A DNA stretch of 64,000 nt from Syntrophorhabdaceae bacterium. GTDB taxonomy: Bacteria > Desulfobacterota > Syntrophorhabdia > Syntrophorhabdales > Syntrophorhabdaceae. The notes below the pieces were generated by a model. It saw only the letters and a program-made list of their open reading frames with translations. It had not been told where the DNA came from and did not search any database. The position numbers were made by a program, and so were the translations under genes. The stretch spans positions 1,312,001 to 1,376,000 of the forward strand of contig CAXXUO010000001.1 of the NCBI GenBank assembly GCA_963666485.2, in the 5' to 3' direction. This document shows, in pieces, positions 59,642 to 64,000 of this stretch (its first letter is position 1; every line of letters begins with the position of its first letter).

Positions 59642-60928
59642 TGAAGAAACTCTGCATCGCCTTCATATGCGTCATCTGCATCCTGTCCGCATATACCCTC
59701 CATGCAAAAGATGTCTATACGGTCAGCATCAACGGGGCGATAAACCCCCCGATCGCCGGTTTTCTTGAAAGCTGCCTCAAGAAGGCGGACAAGGACGGCG
59801 CAGAGGCGCTCGTCATCCTGCTCGACACCCCGGGAGGGCTCGATTCCTCCATGCGGGAGATCATCAAGGGAATAATGGATTCCTCTGTCCCTGTCGTCGT
59901 CTACGTGGCGCCGTCCGGTGCACGCGCGGCATCGGCGGGGGCGATCATTCTCCTCGCCTCCCACGTGGCCGCCATGGCGCCGGGGACCAACGCCGGTGCG
60001 GCCCATCCGGTCAATATAGGGAAGGAAAAGACCGATGAGGTCATGATGAAAAAGGTGGTGAAGGATGCCGAGGCCTACGCGAAGAGCATAGCGGCGCAGA
60101 GGGGCAGGAGCGTCGATTTCGCCGCAAAGGCCGTGACGGAGAGCATCTCGATCCCGGCGAGGGACGCGCTCGCGAAAAAGGTCATAGATGTCGTTGCCGA
60201 CTCCGTCGATGACCTCTTGAGGCAGATCGACGGCAGGAGCGTCTCCACGAAAAAAGGCACCGTTGTCCTGCACACGAAGGACGCGAAGAAGGTCGCCCTG
60301 GCCATGCCCTTCAAATTTCGTTTCCTTGCGTATGTCAGCGACCCGAATGTCGCATACATCCTTATGATGCTCGGCATCTACGGTATACTCTTCGAGTTCT
60401 ACAGCCCGGGAACGATTTTTCCCGGTGTGATTGGCGGCATATGCCTTATCCTTGCGCTGTATGCCTTTCAGGCGATACCGATCAGCTTTGCAGGCCTTGC
60501 GTTGATCCTGCTCGGTATCGTATTTTTTATATTGGAGGTCAAGATCGTGAGGCCACGGGGCGCTCGGCATCGCCGGCATAATATCTGTCGTCATAGGGTC
60601 GCTTATGCTCGTAGACCTTCCCGGAAGCGCCCTGTCGATCTCTATTTCAACCATAGTTCTCGTCGCGGTCATTTCGGCCGTGTTCGTTTTTGGTATACTT
60701 TCCTTCGCTGTCAGGGCACAATTTCTTAAGGTGAAGACCGGCCGCGAGGGCCTTGTCGGGGAGACCGGATTTGCCCGCGAGAAATTCACGGCAGGCGGGA
60801 AGGGAAAGGTCAATGTACATGGGGAGATCTGGGCCGCTGTAAGCGAAGACGATCTGAACGAAGGTGACGAGATCGTTATAGCCTCTGTTGACAGGCTTGT
60901 TGTGAAGGTACGTAAAAAAGGAGGGTAG
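59641..60928 (+). pseudogene. nfeD: NfeD membrane-bound protease, frameshifted by one extra base near 60551
   Basis: LDTPGG, AASAG, PGTN.GAA; removing one G restores LEVKIVSHGALGIAG..GSLMLVD and joins the C-terminal ORF 60605-60928; may be a sequencing error. Confidence 0.82.
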
Positions 60929-60931
60929 AGC

Positions 60932-61693
60932 ATGGCTTTCTTGTCAATTCCGTTTCTGTTCATTGTCATAATCGTCATTTTCTTTCTTTTCAGCGCCATC
61001 AAGATTCTGAATGAATACGAGAGGGGCGTCATATTCCGGTTAGGACGCGTTCTCGGTACGCCAAAAGGCCCCGGGCTTATTATCCTCATCCCGATCATCG
61101 ACAGGATGATCAAGGTGAGCCTGCGGACGGTCGTCCTCGACATTCCGCCGCAGGACGTCATCACGCGCGACAACGTCTCGATAAAGGTGAACGCGGTTGT
61201 GTATTTTCGCGTTGTCGACCCGCTGAAGGCCATAATCGACGTCGAGAACTTCCTGTACGCAACGAGCCAGCTTTCCCAGACAACCTTGCGGAGCGTCCTC
61301 GGGCAGGCGGAGCTTGACGACCTGCTTTCACACAGGGAACAGCTGAACGAAAGGCTGCAGGAGATCCTCGATACCCATACCGAGCCGTGGGGCATCAAGG
61401 TTTCCAATGTCGAAGTAAAGAACGTCGACCTCCCGCAGGAGATGCAGAGGGCCATTGCCCGCCAGGCGGAAGCGGAAAGGGAAAGAAGGGCGAAGGTCAT
61501 CGGGGCCGAGGGCGAATACCAGGCGGCATCGAAACTGGCGGAGGCGTCGGATATACTTGCCAGGAACCCGATGTCGCTCCAGCTGCGTTATCTGCAGACG
61601 CTGATCGAGATATCAACGGAGAAGAACTCTACGGTCATTTTCCCGTTGCCGATAGATATAATAAAGATCTTTGTAGACAAACTAAGCAAGTAA
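60932..61693 (+). CDS. Stomatin/SPFH (slipin) family protein
   Basis: [40 protein letters not shown]. Confidence 0.94.
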   Translation: MAFLSIPFLFIVIIVIFFLFSAIKILNEYERGVIFRLGRVLGTPKGPGLIILIPIIDRMIKVSLRTVVLDIPPQDVITRDNVSIKVNAVVYFRVVDPLKAIIDVENFLYATSQLSQTTLRSVLGQAELDDLLSHREQLNERLQEILDTHTEPWGIKVSNVEVKNVDLPQEMQRAIARQAEAERERRAKVIGAEGEYQAASKLAEASDILARNPMSLQLRYLQTLIEISTEKNSTVIFPLPIDIIKIFVDKLSK

Positions 61694-61707
61694 AGGAACT
61701 CGAATTA

Positions 61708-62895
61708 ATGAAAAAAGTTTTGGTCTCTCTCATCATCGTGTCACTCTGCCTTCTCGGCACCGCCTATGCGGCGCCAACGAAAAATGCAGGCAAGAAGCCG
61801 CAGGCTTCCGTCAAAAAGGCGAAGCAGGTGGATGTGCCTTACAAGGCTTTTATAGTCGTGGAGGCGGACGGGGGCAAGATGATCGACGGTGAGAACGTCC
61901 ACGAGCGGCGGGCCCCCGCGAGCATCACGAAGTTGATGGTGGCGTATGTCGTTATGGACAAGCTCGCATCAGGGGCAATAAAATTGACCGATAAGGTCAC
62001 GATATCAAAACAGGCTTCGCAGATCGGGGGAAGCCAGGTCTACCTGAAAGAGGGTGAAACATTCACGCTCGAGCAGCTGATGAAGGCCATGATGGTCGCG
62101 TCCGCCAATGACGCGGCCTACGCGATCAGCGAGTATGTGGCCGGCAGCAAGGATGAGATGGTAAAGCTGATGAACGCGCAGGCAAAAACGCTCGGCCTCA
62201 ACGACACGGAATTTCACTCAGTCCATGGCCTGCCGCCCTCAAAAGGGGACAAGGAAGACCTGACATCCTGCAGCGACCTTGTGATCCTTGCGCGGGAGCT
62301 CCTCAAGAGCCCGAAGATCCTCGAGTGGACGTCGATACAGACGGATTCATTCCGCGACGGCAAATTTGTCCTGACGAATACCAATAAACTGCTCGGGAAA
62401 TTCTCGGGAACGGACGGCCTCAAAACCGGTTTTTATTCCCAGACCGGCTTCAATATTGTCGCCACGGCAAAAAGGGGCGACATGCGATTCATAGCCGTTG
62501 TCATGGGCAGTCCGTCGGGGAAGGTACGCGACGCGTCGACAATGGAAAAGTTGCAAAAGGCATTTGCTCAGTATAAAATGATAGGCGTCGTCAAAAAGGG
62601 CGAAGTTATAGAGCAGGATGTCTTTCTCGTTGACGGTAAATACAGAAAAATGAAAGGAGTGGCCGAGAAGAGTTTCCTGTACCCGATGGACATAAACAAA
62701 AAGGGTGCAATAACGAAAGAGATCGTCATGCCCGAGAGGGTGAAAGGGGAGATCAAGGAAGGGCAGAAACTCGGAGAGCTTGTCGTCAAGCTTGACAACA
62801 AGGCGGTCGGCAAGGTGAATATCGTTTCTCCCGTGTTTGTCCCCAAGGCGAACCTCTTCACGCGGTTCATCCGGAGACTCGGCCTCAACATCTAA
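61708..62895 (+). CDS. D-alanyl-D-alanine carboxypeptidase (PBP5 family)
   Basis: Signal peptide; PASITKLM (SxxK), SANDAA (SxN), GLKTG. Confidence 0.92.
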   Translation: MKKVLVSLIIVSLCLLGTAYAAPTKNAGKKPQASVKKAKQVDVPYKAFIVVEADGGKMIDGENVHERRAPASITKLMVAYVVMDKLASGAIKLTDKVTISKQASQIGGSQVYLKEGETFTLEQLMKAMMVASANDAAYAISEYVAGSKDEMVKLMNAQAKTLGLNDTEFHSVHGLPPSKGDKEDLTSCSDLVILARELLKSPKILEWTSIQTDSFRDGKFVLTNTNKLLGKFSGTDGLKTGFYSQTGFNIVATAKRGDMRFIAVVMGSPSGKVRDASTMEKLQKAFAQYKMIGVVKKGEVIEQDVFLVDGKYRKMKGVAEKSFLYPMDINKKGAITKEIVMPERVKGEIKEGQKLGELVVKLDNKAVGKVNIVSPVFVPKANLFTRFIRRLGLNI

Positions 62896-62896
62896 A

Positions 62897-64000
62897 ATGA
62901 TAGAACCCCAGTTCAGCAAACTTCGCAACAAGGAGATCATCGTCGGGATCACCGGCGGGATCGCGGCATACAAGACGGCGGAACTTATCAGGCTGCTGAC
63001 CAGGCGGGGCGCCAACGTCCACGTCGTCATGACGAAGAACGCGATGCAGTTCGTGACGCCGCTGACCTTCCAGACGCTGTCGGGCAACCCGGTCATCCAC
63101 GAGATGTTCGAGCTTTTCAGGGGTTCGAAGATAGGCCATATCGCTTTATCAGACATAGCGGACCTTCTCCTTATTGCGCCGGCGACCGCGAATATCATCG
63201 GCAAGATAGCGAACGGCATCGCAGACGACTTCCTGACCACGATGGTCATGGCGACCACGGTGCCCGTCTTTTTCGTGCCGTCGATGAACACCAAGATGTG
63301 GTCGAGTAAAATGGTCCAGGCGAACATGGTCAGGCTGCGCGAAGCGGGCTATGAGGTCATGGAGCCTGCGAGCGGGGACTTGGCCTGCGGCACGGAAGGC
63401 AAGGGCCGCCTGCCGAGCATCGAGGAAATAGTCGAGCGCGTCGAGGAGATCTTCACCGAAAAAGACCTGACATCAGAGAGGATCCTCGTGACCGCCGGGC
63501 CCACCACGGAATATATCGATCCCGTGCGGTGCATCACGAACAGGTCGTCGGGGAAGATGGGCTACGCGATCGCCAAGATGGCGCGCAGGCGCGGGGCGGA
63601 GGTCATGATCATCTCGGGGCCGACGTCGATACCGGTCCCGCGGGACGATATCAGGGTCATCCCCGTTGTGACGGCGGTTGAAATGCGCGACGCCGTCATG
63701 CGGTTCTACAAGGATTGCAGCGTGGTGATCAAGGCGGCAGCCGTGGCCGATTTCAAGTGTGCGACCGAGAACTGCCAGAAGATAAAGAAGAAAGGCGATG
63801 TCAACCGTGTCATGCTCGAGCTCGAAAAGAACCCCGATATCATCGGCGAGCTGTGCCAGGTCAAAGGACACAGGGTCGTCGTCGGTTTCGCGGCGGAGAC
63901 GGAGAACATCATCGAGCATGCCGTCGATAAACTGAAGCGGAAAGACCTCGATCTCATCATTGCAAACAACGTTGCCCAGGAAGGGATCGGGTTCGGTTCC
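62897..64000 (+). CDS. coaBC: Bifunctional CoaBC (3' partial; absent from the ORF track)
   Basis: Manual translation: GITGGIAAYK, APATAN.IGK, PSMN, LACG..GKGRL, VTAGPT.E.IDPVR, NRSSGKMG, GFAAET. Confidence 0.93.
   Translation, partial: MIEPQFSKLRNKEIIVGITGGIAAYKTAELIRLLTRRGANVHVVMTKNAMQFVTPLTFQTLSGNPVIHEMFELFRGSKIGHIALSDIADLLLIAPATANIIGKIANGIADDFLTTMVMATTVPVFFVPSMNTKMWSSKMVQANMVRLREAGYEVMEPASGDLACGTEGKGRLPSIEEIVERVEEIFTEKDLTSERILVTAGPTTEYIDPVRCITNRSSGKMGYAIAKMARRRGAEVMIISGPTSIPVPRDDIRVIPVVTAVEMRDAVMRFYKDCSVVIKAAAVADFKCATENCQKIKKKGDVNRVMLELEKNPDIIGELCQVKGHRVVVGFAAETENIIEHAVDKLKRKDLDLIIANNVAQEGIGFGS

Noticed and set aside
59572..61500. Long antisense ORF of 642 aa (also 46180-47715, 2836-4203, 19220-20581, 50156-51391)
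   Set aside because: Shadow frames opposite well-supported genes in GC-rich DNA.
61387..61707. N-terminal extension of the carboxypeptidase ORF (likewise 50012-50188 for enolase)
   Set aside because: Signal peptide or conserved N-terminus begins at 61708 and 50189; the 61387 extension also overlaps the stomatin gene.

Overview
GC-rich chromosomal window from an anaerobe. By inference from gene content it is a syntrophic, aromatic-degrading Desulfobacterota-type organism such as a Syntrophorhabdus relative; this cannot be proven from the window. About 30 kb (17.9-48.5 kb) is a redox and H2 island with two divergent gene clusters. Together they encode three catalytic [FeFe]-hydrogenase modules with three different NuoF-type partners: bifurcating signature, non-bifurcating signature, and a NuoF-GltD fusion. 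They also encode two sensory-type hydrogenases with Ser/Thr kinase-phosphatase genes, Rex, and the maturases hydF and hydG next to aspA. Elsewhere are a selenocysteine formate dehydrogenase (in-frame UGA plus SECIS, split in the ORF track), a benzoate-CoA ligase, a class II ribonucleotide reductase, an 11-heme cytochrome with a 9-heme/cytochrome b (CbcL-like) partner, and housekeeping genes (eno, corA, rsmD, coaD, coaBC, a D,D-carboxypeptidase). nfeD is frameshifted. Two small orphan genes stand out: an 8-Cys secreted miniprotein and a protein with three FliM-like CheY-binding motifs. Intergenic DNA carries nested REP-like palindromes, MITE-like elements and inverted heptamer arrays. No rRNA, tRNA, CRISPR array or transposase was found.
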